A stretch of DNA of 64,000 nucleotides from Eledone cirrhosa. Taxonomy: Eukaryota. The translations under genes were made by a program, and so were the position numbers. Where the stretch lies: assembly GCA_964016885.1 (NCBI GenBank), contig OZ024756.1, forward strand, positions 4,464,001 through 4,528,000, written 5' to 3'. Below the pieces are notes generated by a model, which was not told where the DNA came from, did no database searches, and was given only the letters and a program-made list of their open reading frames with translations. Position 1 is the stretch's first letter, and every line of letters begins with the position of its first letter. Of the stretch, positions 63,801 through 64,000 are shown piece by piece.

Positions 63801-64000
63801 CTGGAGATATACTGGAGATATACTGGAGATACACTGGGGATACACTGGAGATATAGTGGTGATATACTGGAGATATACTGGGGATATACTGGAAATCTAC
63901 AGGAGATAAACAGGAGATACACTGGAGATATAGTGGAGATATAGTGGAGATATACTGGAGATATACTGGAGATATACTGGAGACATATTGAAGATATACT
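38080..64000 (+). repeat. ~16.9-17.0 kb super-repeat: ~38.1-47.2 kb recurs at ~54.96-64.0 kb
   Basis: CCGGAGAGATACTATAG at 38129 and 55013 (offset 16884). ORF offsets 16884 (38258/55142, 39041/55925, 39943/56827), 16895 (40985/57880), 16940 (42988/59928) and 17017 (44322/61339, 45102/62119). Confidence 0.9.
45080..54200 (+). repeat. Four-copy tandem HOR with units of ~2143, 2407, 2407 and 2154 bp
   Basis: TACCGGAAAT at 45111, 47254, 49661 and 52068. GAAATCTACAGG at 47171, 49578, 51985 and 54139. ORF series 45723/48130/50537/52680. Confidence 0.95.

Larger units (their letters stand above)
1..64000 (+). repeat. Tandem satellite array of an 11-bp monomer (consensus ATATACTGGAG), ~5,800 copies, head-to-tail, extending beyond both window edges
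   Basis: Every line consists of ATATACTGGAG or close variants (ATATATTGGAG, ATAAACTGGAG, ATACACTGGAG, ATATACAGGAG, ATATACTGGGG, ATATACTGAAG, ATATACTAGAG, ATATAGTGGAG, ATATACTGTAG), with occasional 9-, 10- and 13-bp monomers. No inverted block or foreign sequence seen. Confidence 0.99.

Noticed and set aside
397-63922. All ORFs in the supplied track as protein-coding genes
   Set aside because: The same 11-aa repeat appears in all three frames of each strand because 11 is not divisible by 3 and the monomer has no stop. ORFs overlap on both strands, have no unique domain, and variation is not concentrated at synonymous positions.
1-64000. CRISPR array or other repeat-spacer system
   Set aside because: There are no unique spacers, since all intervening sequence is the same 11-mer, and there are no cas or other genes.
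1-64000. Telomerase-synthesised telomeric tract (short, G-skewed repeat)
   Set aside because: It matches no telomere motif I know. Variants are inherited in multi-kilobase duplicated blocks, which indicates recombination or replication-based amplification rather than templated addition. A subtelomeric location cannot be excluded.
1-64000. Homology to the Drosophila dodeca satellite (11-mer CCCGTACTGGT shares TACTGG)
   Set aside because: Only a 6-bp core is shared and base composition differs strongly, so chance similarity is sufficient.
1-64000. TATA boxes or promoters (TATATA, TATAAT at e.g. ~210 and ~33045)
   Set aside because: These are by-products of the ATATA half of the monomer, with no gene or other promoter context.
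1-64000. Fungal RIP signature (TG>TA variants)
   Set aside because: The great majority of TG/CA dinucleotides are intact across thousands of copies, which is incompatible with efficient RIP.
1-64000. Synthetic or sequencing-artefact concatemer
   Set aside because: Rare variants are reproduced faithfully at kilobase periods in nested hierarchies, which random read error or rolling-circle artefacts would not produce. Individual copy numbers could still be misassembled.

Overview
The whole 64 kb window is one uninterrupted, single-orientation tandem array of an 11-bp satellite monomer, consensus ATATACTGGAG (reverse complement CTCCAGTATAT), about 5,800 copies. I found no unique sequence, transposon, RNA gene, CRISPR array or credible protein-coding gene. 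The listed ORFs are translation artefacts: the consensus has no stop codon in any of six frames, so three monomers (33 nt) read IYWRYTGDILE on + and YISSISPVYLQ on -. The real information lies in the order of variant monomers, which reveals nested higher-order repeats (HORs): recurrent 7-8-monomer cassettes, 110-bp and 418-bp local repeats, 1.3-1.4 kb, 2.1-3.1 kb, 3.9-4.6 kb and 5,321-bp units, and a ~17-kb super-repeat. Diagnostic variants turn over between a more scrambled left domain and a more homogeneous right domain, with the transition at about 24.7-32.8 kb. This looks like eukaryotic heterochromatic, possibly centromeric, satellite DNA. Organism and function cannot be determined from the sequence, and I cannot support a novel gene system here. 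All periods were counted by hand from marker variants and ORF offsets.
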